Origin: Catajapyx aquilonaris
Taxonomy: Eukaryota
Direction: 5' to 3'
DNA length: 34,248 nucleotides
Assembly (NCBI GenBank): GCA_000934665.2
Contig: JYFJ02004157.1
Coordinates: 1-34,248 of the forward strand
Shown: positions 1 through 11,765 of the stretch, piece by piece
How the letters are laid out: every line of letters starts with the position of its first letter
How positions within the stretch are numbered: the stretch's first letter is position 1
The notes under the pieces: generated by a model
What the model was told of the DNA's origin: nothing
Seen by the model: the letters and a program-made list of their open reading frames with translations, nothing else
Database searches by the model: none
Program-made: the position numbers and the translations under genes

Positions 1-141
1 GTCCAGAAGCTGGTGGTTCTCCAGCAGATCCAGGACCAGTCTGGACAACAGCTGGTCCTCCTCACCTTCCTCACGCAGATTCACCCTGCCTCCATGAGAG
101 TCCTGCAGGACAAGAAGCAACAGCAGGCAGTACGCCAGCAT
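1..141 (-). CDS. Divergent ionotropic receptor, copy A: 5' part of exon 1 only (continues beyond the window start)
   Basis: ATG at 141 reads MLAYCLLLLLVLQDSHGGRVNLREEGEEDQLLSRLVLDLLENHQLLD, essentially identical to exon 1 of copies B-D. Signal-peptide-like N-terminus. Confidence 0.85.
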   Translation of the reverse strand, partial: MLAYCLLLLLVLQDSHGGRVNLREEGEEDQLLSRLVLDLLENHQLLD

Positions 142-1064
142 GGTTGCCTCGCACTGCGTACACTTCCCATTCTCCTCGCACTGAATATGCACTCCAATTT
201 TCCTCTCAATACCTGCGTCATGCGTGACTAAATTTTTCACCATCCCACGTGATCCTATAGGAACAGCCCATCTACCTAGCAGCTTTTATTGTAATCGAAG
301 TAGAGTGCCTCCCAGAAAGGTATCATTAAATAAATGGTGTTCCATATCCTGAGTGCCTTGCTGTTATTCCCTATAGGTATGAGATATGTCGAAATAATAA
401 TTATGCAGCTAAGCAGAAGTGTTGGTACCCCCGACCTGTAGTACTTACAGTCATTGTATTGCTGTAAATCATTCAGTATAGCGTATGCATTATCTGATAT
501 TGATTTTCATTGGCGAAATCCAGTCAGTTGCGTAACTTATTTGATCTAAAATGATTTCAGCTGGAGTGGGCCAGAAATGTTGCAAGAAATACGTGTCACC
601 TGCTGGGATGTAATCTTCAAATCACAGGAACCCCATTAAAAATAATTATTGCAGTCATTTCACTATGCATTCCTACCAATAAGTAGAGTCACCTTTGACA
701 TTACAATTTCTTGACAGCAGAGTAAATATAACAGTATGCAGTATACACACGGCGAATGCATTGACTGTACGCTTGCGGTGTAATCACTCCATCGATTGCG
801 TAGTAATTACCCGCGCACTCCCACATGTAGGGCTCTGTATGTACGGTGAAGCATCACCTGCTTTGGCATTTATTTGTAACTGACACTTCCACGGATTACG
901 TACAGGTTTTTAAAAAACCACCGACTGGTCACCAATGTCACTGTTTTGGCTTCTAAACTAATTTTCCTGAAGGGAGGAAAATGGTACTTACTTTTCTCTC
1001 TGAATAATAATTTTATTCATCGATTCGTAATTTTCGTATTTTAATTATTTATCCACTGCTTGTA
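1..1064. repeat. Segmental duplicate of 20150-21765 (IR 5' end plus upstream region)
   Basis: Colinear near-identity at an initial offset of 20149. The other copy carries an extra ~78 bp (about 20757-20834) and a solo LTR (20875-21331). Homology stops at ctgcttgta (1064), where the old LINE tail begins. Confidence 0.9.
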
Positions 1065-2356
1065 AGTAAGTAAGTAAATTTGTTTATTCCCATTTGGAGC
1101 CCTAAGGCCCCGAGTATAGGAAGGAGTCGTTACATAGATAATTTCACATCGACCCTCGTACCCTTATAGCTCTATATCACAAAACCTCAATACCTTAACG
1201 AAACATGAAAAAAAAATTATACAATGCAAAGGCATCTCCCGTATCAAGATTGATCCATATCTGCAACATCTTGTCAGGTGGTACTTTCGGCATCTTACCA
1301 ATATATTTCTACCTTTGAAACATCAGAAACTGACAGTTGTAAACTACGTGGTGTATACTCCATTTCTCCCTCACATTACACAAGCTACAGTATTCCGCTT
1401 CATCCGCGGAAACTAACGTAATCTTATACCCCATCAATACAAAGTTTCAAGAAGTATACCTGGACTCTTTCTATTCGCCTCCAGCTCGACATAGCCCAAA
1501 TGGGTGCCCCCATATAACACCGTGGGCAAGATCTTCGAGTTAAATAGTTTCATTGCCGTGGCGAAATCCATTAAGCTTAGCTTACTTAGTCAAAACTATC
1601 CACATGGAATTTACCGCCATCAACCCTGTATTTATAAAAAAAACTTGGCAGTATTCGTGAACTTCGTAGATGCATGAAGCGGGATGCCCAAGTATTTGTA
1701 TGATTGAGAGATCAAGATCTCTTCGTCTCCCCACCAGAACCTGTCGTTCTTCGCAGGCAGCCCCCCCCCCCTTTCTATATATCACCATCTGTGTTTTTAA
1801 CAGCCGGTGTAAAGTTACATTAAAATAATAGTTTTTCTTAGATTCTAATAGCTTCTTATATTCCCGGTGCGCAGATACAAACTTACCTCTTTCTCCCTCA
1901 GAGCCCGTACCCTTCCACTTCCGTAACAATTCTGTTACGAGTTTCTTCCTTTCTAAAAGTGTACTACCAAATCAAGGTTCCTTGCCCCTCCTCCTACGGG
2001 GGCTTGACGACTCCCTTTTTATAATTTTTAGTTCCTTCAAGATTATGACTATTATCGCTTTGTATCGCTTTGTGATCGGTACCCGCTTCAGCCAACCCTT
2101 CTCTTGCCAAGGCCCCCACCTCTCTTTGTAACCTCTCCTCTACCAAATCCCAATTACTACTTATAGGGGACAGTATCCATTTTGGGTCATTTTTGACGCT
2201 CACACTTGATAACGGGTACCATATGGTTAGGAGAATTGGGAAATGGTCAGACCCTAATACATTCAGTACGACGTGGAAATGGCCAATATTGGAGACCAAG
2301 TCCAAAGAAACCAAGCCCAGATCTCCTGAGCTTTGGCCCTGTGTTGCTCCATAAGT
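1062..2356 (-). mobile_element. Old, internally deleted RTE-X-like LINE, 3' portion
   Basis: Minus-strand fragments: endonuclease end (GSDHFPIL, 1994-2314), post-RT motif KLFNSKILPTVLYGAPIW (~1497-1550) and zinc knuckle CSLCNVREKWSIHHVVYNC (~1332-1388). Ends in AATAAA plus a (TTAC)n tail at 1062-1088. RT core not found. Empty site visible in paralogous DNA at ~21761 and ~12105. Confidence 0.8.
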
Positions 2357-2511
2357 TGTTTTTTTTTAATTATTATTATGTACCCCGTTGTGGGCCTAAG
2401 CCCTATTCCTTTCCCTTACAAGATAACATAAACAGAGAAAACATTATGTGAAAAAAAACAGAAAAAAGAAGGAGAAGAACAAGAATAGCAAGAAAACATA
2501 ATCTGTATACA

Positions 2512-5500
2512 TCAAGAATGGAAGGTGCCAATGCGCTTAATCAGTTGTCGGAAGAAGGCATGCAGGGAATAGATGTCCTCCTTCACTGGAGCATAAAACA
2601 AGAAATGCGACTTATCAGGAGGGTATCGGGGTAGATTAACCAAATGCTCAGATCTTGCTGCATGGAAATATTGACACTCATATAACACATGAAAAATTGA
2701 GAAAGGAGTGCTCTGATCACACCAGTCACATTCAATAGCAGAAAATTTGTTAGTAAAATCCAGCTTAAATCCATCGATTAGTAAATAAGGTGAGAGGTTT
2801 CTTAAGTTGATAATAATCATTCTCACAAATTTAATCGGTAGGTTAAGCTGGAATATGTATTTTTGATCAATTACAGGCTCATAGTCCAAATAGTGCACAT
2901 AGCGAGTTGTATTATTCAAGGCTAGGAGTATAGTTGATGTCAGCGAGGCGCGAACGGAAACCATAGCCTCCTGCTGTTGATCCGGCGAAGGGACACCCAC
3001 TACCTGCAGCTGCTTCACATTAACCGAATACCAATTTGCTGAGGTAGTGTGTGTGGCCTTCAAGTATAAATAGGCAATTTTAACCAGCCTGGAATCATCT
3101 AGGGCTTCCAGTTTCACAAAGAGGCGGAGGAGCGCTTTCAATTTTTTTTTCTCTAAGTGGGATCAGGCCTGTCTCACAGTATATAAAATAGCCATCTGTC
3201 GTAGGGGGCAGTTGCAAGGTCTTTTTCAAGAAAAACAGAAGAACTCGGTCAATGTCGTCCAAATGCCTAGCTCCCCAAATTGGGGCAGCATACAGTATAA
3301 TGGGCGCAATGTGAGAATTAAACAATTTAACTATTACATCAAGGTTACGAGTTCTCATCTTAATCAATAAGTCCCTTAGTGCCAAGATAGCTTTTTTTGC
3401 CTTCATCACAAGATGGTCCGCAGCCATGAAAAAAGAACCAGAGCTTTTAAAGGGAATACCGAGGTAGGTATACGAGGCAACCTGGGATAACGGGAAGCCT
3501 TTATAGTAGAAAGTTCTGGAGGGAGCCTTGCCCGCCTTCCTGAAACACATCATCTTAGACTTATCAACATTAAGGGTGAGTCCATTCAAAAATAAATAAT
3601 CCGCAATCGCGTTAATGCTTTTCTGTAAGTAAAGTGGGTTATCGGAAAATAATATTAAATCATCTGCATAAAGAAGAACCGGCAAGTCAGGGGAACCAGG
3701 ACCAAAATTGACACCAGTCGCCCCGTGATCAATAAGAAAATTGGGTAGATCAGCTAAAAATAAGTTAAACAACGTTGGACTAAGTACTTCCCCTTGCAAC
3801 ACCCCTCTGACAAGTGAGACTTCAGGTAACGCATCAAGGTCGGGTATTAGGCGGAATTGCCTATAGATGTCCATGAGTAAGTGCAAAAAGGAAGGGCTAA
3901 CTCCAAAATTGTTAAGTTTATTAAAAAGAAGTGAATGGCACACTGAATCAAAAGCCTTACTCAAATCAATAAATACTGTATAAAGTTTACCCTTTGGTTT
4001 GCTGGTATACTTCTGAATTAAGGCAGTCAGTGTTAGAAGGTGGTCAATACAGCCCCGTCCCGCACGAAACGCTACTTGCGCCTCCGGCACTATCCCGTGC
4101 GCATCTGCCCAACAGACAAGCCGGTTGTTGAGTATGGATGTGAAAAGTTTTAAAATATTATTAACCAAAGAAATCGGGCGGTAGTTTGAGGGTTGCGTCA
4201 TGTCACCCGATTTATATATTGGTATCATCCTGGCCTGAGCCCACTGAGCGGGTATCTTAGACGTGAGTAAGCATTTGTTAAACATGACGAGTAGGGTTTG
4301 GCATAGAGCATTAGATTTCAACTTAAGCAGCGCATTAGGTAAATTATCCGGTCCAGGGGCTGACTTCGAACGCAGACCTCCCATAGCACGAAGAAGTTCA
4401 TGCATAGATATCGCTCGCGCCAGGCTTGGATCCGCATCAGGTAACAGGATAGGTAAAACACCCGTTTCAGTACTCATCGGACTCAAATCAGCAAGTTGAA
4501 GGTTACGGAGGTGGGCCCACCACACGCTCGGGTCCAAAGGTATGACAGTTAGTTTTGATATAAATTTTTTAATTTCAGCCCAAAATTCCTGAGAAGAGCT
4601 AGCTTGGGAGAGCTTATCAGGGAGGGTCGTGGAAAAAAACTTTAGTTTTTTGGCTTTCCTCAAATTCGAGTACTGTTTTCTCAGAGAACAGTAATCATCA
4701 GATGCACGGGAAGCACGCCAATCTCGAAGTTTACGATTTAGTGACCGCTTCATCTCATGCAATTCCATATCAAACCATGGTACAGAGGCCTTACGTGCAT
4801 GGGCAGGGCTATTAGGCACGGTATCATAAAGAAAACCACCATAGTAATGAGGTCATCGTTAGTGTAAAAAGCAATGCCTGTTGGGTAAGATCATCAGTCT
4901 GGTCAACTGAACATAATAGGTTATCATCAACTGCGGGTATAAGGTGCGCAAACTTATCATCAGGTATGATCAGAACACTCCTCTTAAATGGAGGGGGGGG
5001 GGAGCAAAAAGTAATAGCGAATTGAAAAAAAGACAGTATAGCCATGTGCTGGGAATCAGTGACGGGAACCACCAAAAAATCAGTCACATAACGGAGTAGA
5101 GTACATGAAACACAACAGTAATCTATAACACTCTGACCAAGTTTATTTAGAAAAGTAAAGTTGCCATCTATATCAGAGGGCAGAGTGCCATTTAATACTT
5201 GCATAGCATTGTCGCCTAAAAATTTGAGGAGTTTTCTGCCTCTAGAATTATTCAAAAAGGGGTCACAAGAATTACGTACTGAAGAGGAATCATATGTCAC
5301 TTGGGGGGGAAATAGCATGATTGACAGGCTGCGACTCTCGAGTTCAAATCACCCATAAAAATAATGTCAGTACCTCCCTCGGCCCAACGGTCAAGGAGGG
5401 GTTGAATCTGATCAAAGAGTAAGTCTGGATCAGATGTGGGCGGAATATATGCTAACAACAACAGAGCGGTGGACAGAAGGGGGGGGGGGAGGTTCACTTG

Positions 5501-5768
5501 AAGCAATATAAAGGAACTGTCAGATGCAATCAAAACAGGTGACAACTAGCTGTTTGTGAGCAAGGAGCACCAAGCCCCCAGCAGCCCTTCCCCTTTTTGC
5601 AGTTCTAATAGCCGCAACGGAAAACAACACATAATCAGTAAGGGGACTGGCAACCGGGGGGGAAGTCATCCATGTCTCTAGGAAACCAAAGACCACAGTA
5701 TTGGGTTGGTCGAAGTGGGAGATGGCAGAGGGTAAGTCCAAACCAGCAATATTCCAGGAACACATCAT
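2512..5768 (-). pseudogene. LINE ORF2 (APE endonuclease, reverse transcriptase, C-terminal CCHC), broken by 4 frameshifts
   Basis: APE motifs SWNIAGL, LETW, GGLVLL, MGDLNSR, SVIDY, and SQH in place of SDH. RT motifs PGPD, YRPISL, FIDLSKAFDSV, GVLQGEVLSP, YADD. C-terminal CDWC-X9-H-X4-C. Frameshifts near 5545, 5305 (C7 run), 4850 and 3145 (A9 run). Confidence 0.9.
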
Positions 5769-5969
5769 CACAGTGGCCTCTTGTGTAACATTTGTCTCGG
5801 CAGCATAACATATACTATTTGGCGACTCACCCAGAACAGGCACGGACAGGCTAGAGACTCCACACTGATCACTCACCACCGAGCAATTATCACTCAATTT
5901 TTCACTGCACACTAAAGAGCCCGGGGGCGGCGGCGTAAGGTTATATGGCGAGGGTGGCTCATCACATCT

Positions 5970-6773
5970 TCAATTCTCCTGGACAGGTGCAGGCGCCACC
6001 GCTGATTTCTTCTGAGGCAAAGATTCAGGCGGCGATGAAGAGGGACCCCGCTTATTTGGATGGGCCCGCTGCTGATTTGCAATCATAGGGTACAGCTCAC
6101 GCAGCTCGGCCAGTGCGTAGAATCGCCCCTCCAACTTCAACTTATCCGCCCGAAGGGTTGCCTTCTTTCCCTCCGACTTGAAGTGTCGCAGGAACGGGAG
6201 TAAATCACCACGAATCGCACGAGTCGCAAAGGAAAAATCCTCGCTTATGTTGATGCCAGTGTCCTTGAGCCGGTAACCGCGTGACATGATGCTCTCGCGG
6301 TCCTTGAAAAAGGAGCAATAAAGGACAATAGGTCGAATGCGCCCAGCATTGAATGCACCAATTTGATGACACCTTTCCACGGAAAGGGCATAGTCCTGAG
6401 GAATCAGTCCTTTGGCACGCAACAAGTGGAGGGTCTTATCTTTTGTGTCACGCCAGGTCTCCTGAAGGTCAGGTTTCAAGCCAAATATCACAATGTTTCC
6501 CCGCCTCGAGCGGTCTTCCATTTCTTGCAACTTTTTGGTCAGCATAATCACCTCCTCCTTGGATTTACGTACCTCTTCCTGAAGTCCCTCCACCATGCTG
6601 GCAAGCAACGTGAACTTCTCCTCGAATTTCGCCAGACCAGAATGAATAATCGTCCTGAGATCTTCCTTCAAGGAAACTGCCATCAGTGCTCGAGCATCGG
6701 CATTGGTAGCCTCTTGCCGTTCCTCCATGCTGTCCTTCAGTAGGGACTGAATGTCTTTCAGTGTCGCCCCCAT
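5970..6773 (-). CDS. LINE ORF1p, L1-type (coiled coil, RRM, CTD)
   Basis: Heptad-rich region, then EDRSRRGNIVIFGL, ERCHQIG..RPIVL and GINISEDFS, typical of L1-like ORF1. First ATG at 6773; the frame is open to 6809. Confidence 0.88.
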   Translation of the reverse strand: MGATLKDIQSLLKDSMEERQEATNADARALMAVSLKEDLRTIIHSGLAKFEEKFTLLASMVEGLQEEVRKSKEEVIMLTKKLQEMEDRSRRGNIVIFGLKPDLQETWRDTKDKTLHLLRAKGLIPQDYALSVERCHQIGAFNAGRIRPIVLYCSFFKDRESIMSRGYRLKDTGINISEDFSFATRAIRGDLLPFLRHFKSEGKKATLRADKLKLEGRFYALAELRELYPMIANQQRAHPNKRGPSSSPPESLPQKKSAVAPAPVQEN

Positions 6774-6880
6774 TGCACTCGCGTTAACACGGGCAGATAG
6801 TACAGCCAAGGCCGAGAGGAACAGGGGCTAGAGAGCTCAGCAAGCTCGTTTGCACGCAACGGCAGCAGGGAGTGGAGTGG

Positions 6881-7090
6881 GTTGCTCCATAAGTATGATC
6901 ACCCGAAGAAAATATCTTTCGTCATACCATTCACCACCATAATTGATAGCCTATCGCACATATCTGTCAACATGCGGCCCCTTTGGTTAATCTTCTTATC
7001 CAATAACAGACTCTTTTCCTGTAAATGTGGGTTATGAAAAAGCCCAGGGTAGTTATAGTCCCCAATACGCGCATTCAAGTCGCCCATTAT
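6881..7090 (-). mobile_element. Old LINE, 5' portion (endonuclease fragment); 5' boundary unresolved, possibly up to ~7570
   Basis: MGDLNARIG...INQRGRML...VVNG. Removing the nested LINE and one TSD copy joins GDHTYGA to TQGQSSGDLGLVSLDL...GSDHFPI in frame. Confidence 0.8.
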
Positions 7091-8317
7091 TATTCACATT
7101 ATTATTGCACATTCAATATTCACAACCAGCAGGCTATCATAATTTTCAATTTATTGCTCGTTGTGATTTTGTTTGTGGATCATGATTTCCGTGCTCTGGA
7201 TAATTATGTGACAGGAGACATGGCAAAGCATCCAATGAACATGGTAATAATTTTTTTCCCTTTGGTCGTAAATAAAAAGCGCAAAATCAGACATTCGCGT
7301 TTCCTGGTGTTCTGAAATAGGTCGCCTGGTTTTGATAATGGCCTACAGGAGACTTATTGCAGTATGATTTACTGAGATCTGTACTTACGAACGGGTTCCC
7401 AAGGCTGTGCAACAAGGACCAATATATTGTCTACAAAGGGGTGCGGAGGCCCGGAAAGATTAAGAACCTCTGCTCCATGGCCATTTCCGGGAGAGGGTGC
7501 CTCGTCATCGTCAGTGTAGAGGAAGTACGATCAGACTCTCCAGAACTTGTGGCTTCACTTCCTTGATAACTAAGCAATTACTCTGGAATATTATGACTAC
7601 ACAATATATAATTAAAATCCTTCGTTGTTTGTGAAAGGATTTCGATTGGAATATCAATATTGAATCAATTGACTATCTACATGCGTATTTGATAGAGTCA
7701 CAATCATAAGATTTTAAATAATTCAGGCAAAATCTCTCTCCGTTCACATGAAGATGATGAATAGACTATGGGATTCGAAAACAACAGACCATATCACTCT
7801 TTAAAAAAATTCGAGTGGTTTTTCCCTCTATTTGAGAGGTTTTTCACTCATTCTACCACTTGAAATGCAACGCAGTCTTTTTGAGTGAAAACCACCAGCC
7901 AATATGGTGGTCTTGGATTTTCAATCTGCAGGAAAATAATACACAAGGATGTTATGAAGTGGATTAGTGCAACTTTTATTTTCACTTCGTATTGTATGCA
8001 GATACAGTACATCTAATTTTTGGACAATTCAGACATGATTTGTCTCTCTATACATGCATCTGTGGAAAGAAATCAATGTGGGATTCGAAAGCAACATATA
8101 AGATGTCATTGCATTTTAACATTTTTAGGGGTACTTTTAATGCTCCATTAAGATCCATCAATGCCATTGGCATGACACAGACGAAGTCATTTAATGGTTG
8201 AGATTTTCTGACATTGTGTGTTTTGTCTGATGAATCTCTATATACTCTGAATTTCATTCCCAAGGCTTGTGGCATATTTTCTGATGCGGGAATGAGGAAT
8301 GAGGCATTCTACTTTGC

Positions 8318-10435
8318 TTATTTATTGCCCTCTTTGCGTGAGAACAAGTTTGCACCCTTCAAAATTCCAAGCTCAAAGATGAATACCAGTGTAGAAAGAG
8401 CGATTCCAGTGGCCCAGAAAGCAAACACAACAAGAAGATTTTCAGCTTGGACCACGTCTTTCACGTCATCTTTCTTCACGACGCCTTCTTCGAGACGCAT
8501 TTTTCGGAGATTGGTCCAAAAATCGCTGAAGATGCCTTCTCGCTTCCATTCCTCGACGATGCCACTCTCCCACATCATCGCTTGAAAGATGAGGACTCTT
8601 GGTACCTCAACGTCACCCTTCCCGTGGACAACAGAAGAATAAATGTCGTAAGCATGCTCAGGTGCCACTCTCACAGTGGGATCTCCATTCTCATCCCTCA
8701 TTTTGCCTTCGTCTCGGTGAATGAAGTAGTTGAACAGCAGACAGGCTTTCATTGGAGTGTCCACAACCAGTGACATACAGCCCTCGGGATTAGTAGTGAT
8801 TGCTGATCGGTTGATGAAGCCTTCGTATGCTGTGTTGGCGTTGACTTGAGAGACGGCCACTAGGTTTCCGTAGGGTATCAGCGTCTCGTACCCTTCATGG
8901 ACGAGGTCACCAAAGGTCTTTGGCATTTCCTCCTTGGACAGCACGGCCAGGAAGGCCAGAAGTTTGGTGACATATGCGCAGGAGACGATGATGGCCATGA
9001 GCCTCATTGCCCCTTCGAACTCACGAGAGGCTGTGAGTTGGGGAAGGTCGTGAGGCTGACCGATGGGCATCTTGAAGAGAGAGGCCGTGGCTGATCCCAG
9101 GCTGATCTCCTCCCCTGAGAGACGGATGATCATCCACAAGGCTACTCCTGAGATCACCCAGGTCACCAATATCAAAGCCCACAGTGGGGGATCAAAAGGG
9201 TCGAACAGAATGGTCCAAGGGATTACCTCTTTTGGCAAGGCTGTGACGAAGGTCATGAAGAAGTCCATCACATATGGAGAAAATAGCACGTACCGGGGGA
9301 CCTTGTCAGACATGATGTACACCATTCCAAAATGGACTTTTCCGGAGAGGAGGTCTCCAACTGTCCCCGTCCAGGTTCCGTTTGGACGCATCATGTCCCA
9401 GTCTCCCGCAGTGAGGTCAGCAGTGGGATCTACGATCTTCACCTTTGCATTGAAGGCGTCCTCCCAGGCGAGGGAAGCCTTCTGCGCTAACCTGAGGCAC
9501 AATCGCCCACACTCCTCTAGGTGTTTGCGTGACATCTCTGTGTCTTCGACATCAAAGTGTGAGAAAATGACGATACGCCCATGCAGGTCTCCGCTAGTGT
9601 CCGGATACACATCTACAGGGAATGTGTCCGGATAGCTGCCCAGTTCCATCCAGTTGGGTTGTCCGTGGTCGCAGTAGAAGCAGACAGTCTCAAGTGTCAA
9701 CTGCATCTCTGCTTCCTTGGTTCTGAATGATAAGGGATCGACACGCATGACCTTTAGTAGTAGACAGTTTTAGTTTGACAAGAGCATAATTATTGTTGTG
9801 TTTAACAAGGATGAATCATTAATATCTGCTGTGTAAGCACCATTGCTTAAATTACATCAATACCTGCTCGATATGATCTTGTACCGGATCCCTCTGGCTG
9901 GGTGATCCAGCAGCATATCCTTGTTCTGATCCGTCATGTTGCGAAAGTGCAACACGAAGTGGTCGTGCAGATTCCGGAGCTGGACTGTCCCTGCCAGTTG
10001 AAGCAGCTGGTCGGGCAGGGTGGACGGAGTGTCGCAGACCAAGAGGTGCAGGACACACCTGTCTCCGAGGTTCACCTGGTACAGCATGTCCGGAGGCATG
10101 GTGGTGAAGGAGTGCATCTGCTCAGGACCAGTGACTCCGAGGTACTCTCTCCATGGCCTGGGTCGAAAGGCCTTGTCCTTCCCTGCACCGAGTGTGACCG
10201 TCGTGTGGTACCCTCCATATCGTTCAGTCAACAATCCGGACAGAGGACCACTCGTGTTGTCCTCTCCTTCGCCCAAGGACAGCACCAACGAGCAGTCCAG
10301 AAGCTGGTGGTTCTCCAGCAGGTCCAGGACCAGCCTGGACAACAGCTGGTCCTCCTCACCTTCCTCACGCAGATTCACCCTGCCTCCATGACAGTACTGC
10401 AGGACAAGAAGCACTGGCAGGCAGTACGAAAGCAT
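8318..10435 (-). CDS. Divergent ionotropic receptor, copy B; exons 10435-9864 and 9722-8318, 658 aa
   Basis: Phase-2 GT-AG intron 9863-9723 (AG|gtattg...ttcag|A) joins the two ORFs in frame. Signal peptide; S1 NGTWTGTVGDLLSG; M1 PFDPPLW; pore IGQ; AYVTKLLAFL for [10 protein letters not shown]; last TM ending FIFELG. An alternative ATG lies at 10453. Confidence 0.9.
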
Positions 10436-10784
10436 GGTTGCCTCGCACTGCATACACTTCCTATTCTCCTCGCAATACCTGCGTCACGTGTGACTAAATT
10501 TTTCACCATCCCACGTGAACCTAGGATAGTAGCCTAACTAAGCGAATCCAGAAACAGCCCGTCTACCTATAGTTGCTCATTGTGTTATAATCGAAGTAGA
10601 GTCCCTCCCAGAAACGTATCATTAAATAAATGGCGTTCCATATCCTGAGTGCCTTATTACTGTTATTCCATATGTATGAGACACTTCCAAGTCACATATA
10701 ACGATGCAGATAAGCGGAAGTGTTGGTGCCCCTATCACCCACAGTCATTGTTGTAAATCATTCAGTATAGGGTATATGCCTTAT

Positions 10785-11765
10785 TAGTACAGTCAAATAA
10801 TTAGGGTTTTCGAATGACAAACAAGGTAGAAAGCTGAAAACCGGTGTGCATATGGATTTGAAGGTGCTGAACACGAATCCGTTGAGTCCCACTCTCTACC
10901 GGATGGGGAATTGCCGCCATCTCGGTTTCAATTCCGCCATTCTTGATTTATGCATTCGTTCCTATTTTCGACCCGTGCTGGGTGCTCAAGTAAGATATTG
11001 CTGCGGGACTTGTTGCAAAGTGTTCCCAATAAAGTGTTGTCTCTTTCGGTACCAGTACGTTGGCGGTGTCGCGTGTATTTATTTAAATATGGTCCCTATG
11101 GTATGCAAGTTAGCTTTCGTGAAACAGGCTGTTGACAATGTGATGTCCGTTTCTGCTACTTTTAGGGGTGGGATCGGAAAATGTTTCAAACGAAAGTTGT
11201 AGAGCACACTTTCACTTATAATAAACAGTTTTTACAATGACGATGTCATGAATAGCAGAAATCAACATGTACACAGGGGCTTCTGGGCTTGCGTGAGCTA
11301 CCAGAAGGACTACGATGTCAATATCTTCCCCAACCTCTACAGCAGTGAAACCCTCTTCAACTTTATCTAAAGCCGTTCTCACAATCATTGTATCTGGGTC
11401 AGATTCAGCTTGAACCACATTCATGCCGCCATCTAGAAGGTACTTCATCAGACGTGCAATGAACTGTGCTTTGTTGTTGTTATTTGCTAGGAACATGCTC
11501 TTGTCCGTCAGGATCACCAAGACTCACGATAACGTCTCTTGAAGTTAGTTTCCGTGACCGCCTGTTGTGTTCGACGTCTTTGGTACTCGGACCAGCACGG
11601 TCAGGTATGTGAGAGGTACCCGGACTACGTCAAGAAGAACTATGGAACCGGTGCATCAGTTGTGTTTGACGGGTATGGTGCTGGTCCGAGTGCCAAAGAC
11701 GTCGAACACAACAGGCGGTCACGGACCTCTGATGGCCTTGACAGTCCCGCCTCGATCCGGCCGCC
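10785..11765 (-). mobile_element. AcademX-like DNA transposon remnant upstream of IR copy B
   Basis: Starts TAGTACAG where B and C diverge from A and D. XPG/FEN-like fragments VVFDGY..PS(A/T)KDVEH.RR, FLANNNNK, QAESDPDTMIV and GEDIDIVVLL. No second terminus found. Family call from recalled motifs. Confidence 0.65.
11551..11725. repeat. 48-bp inverted duplication (11551-11598 / 11678-11725) with a 79-bp spacer
   Basis: The arms are reverse complements with one mismatch. The transposase reading frame switches strand here. Confidence 0.92.

Larger units (their letters stand above)
2357..6880 (-). mobile_element. Full-length two-ORF LINE (RTE-X-like), 4524 bp, with 14-bp target-site duplication
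   Basis: Perfect TSD gttgctccataagt at 2343-2356 and 6881-6894. 3' tail is (ATA)n plus an A run. Contains ORF1 and an APE-RT-CCHC ORF2. The clade call is from motif style only. Confidence 0.92.

Noticed and set aside
8048..8275. Short ORFs in the IR 3' flanks, repeated near 12433-12789 and 17881-18129
   Set aside because: Duplicated 3' UTR or flank sequence with frame-breaking indels between copies.
9723..9752. Alternative IR acceptor aaag|GTCATG, or exon 2 starting at its own ATG (9748)
   Set aside because: That acceptor is out of frame with the phase-2 donor, and the MRVDP frame is broken by an indel in copies C and D. The ttcag|A acceptor works in all three copies.
9063..10537. Plus-strand ORFs antisense to the IR genes, recurring in each copy (e.g. 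190, 211, 123 aa)
   Set aside because: Shadow frames of GC-rich coding DNA. They recur only because the copies are near-identical, their ends vary between copies, and they have no recognisable motifs.
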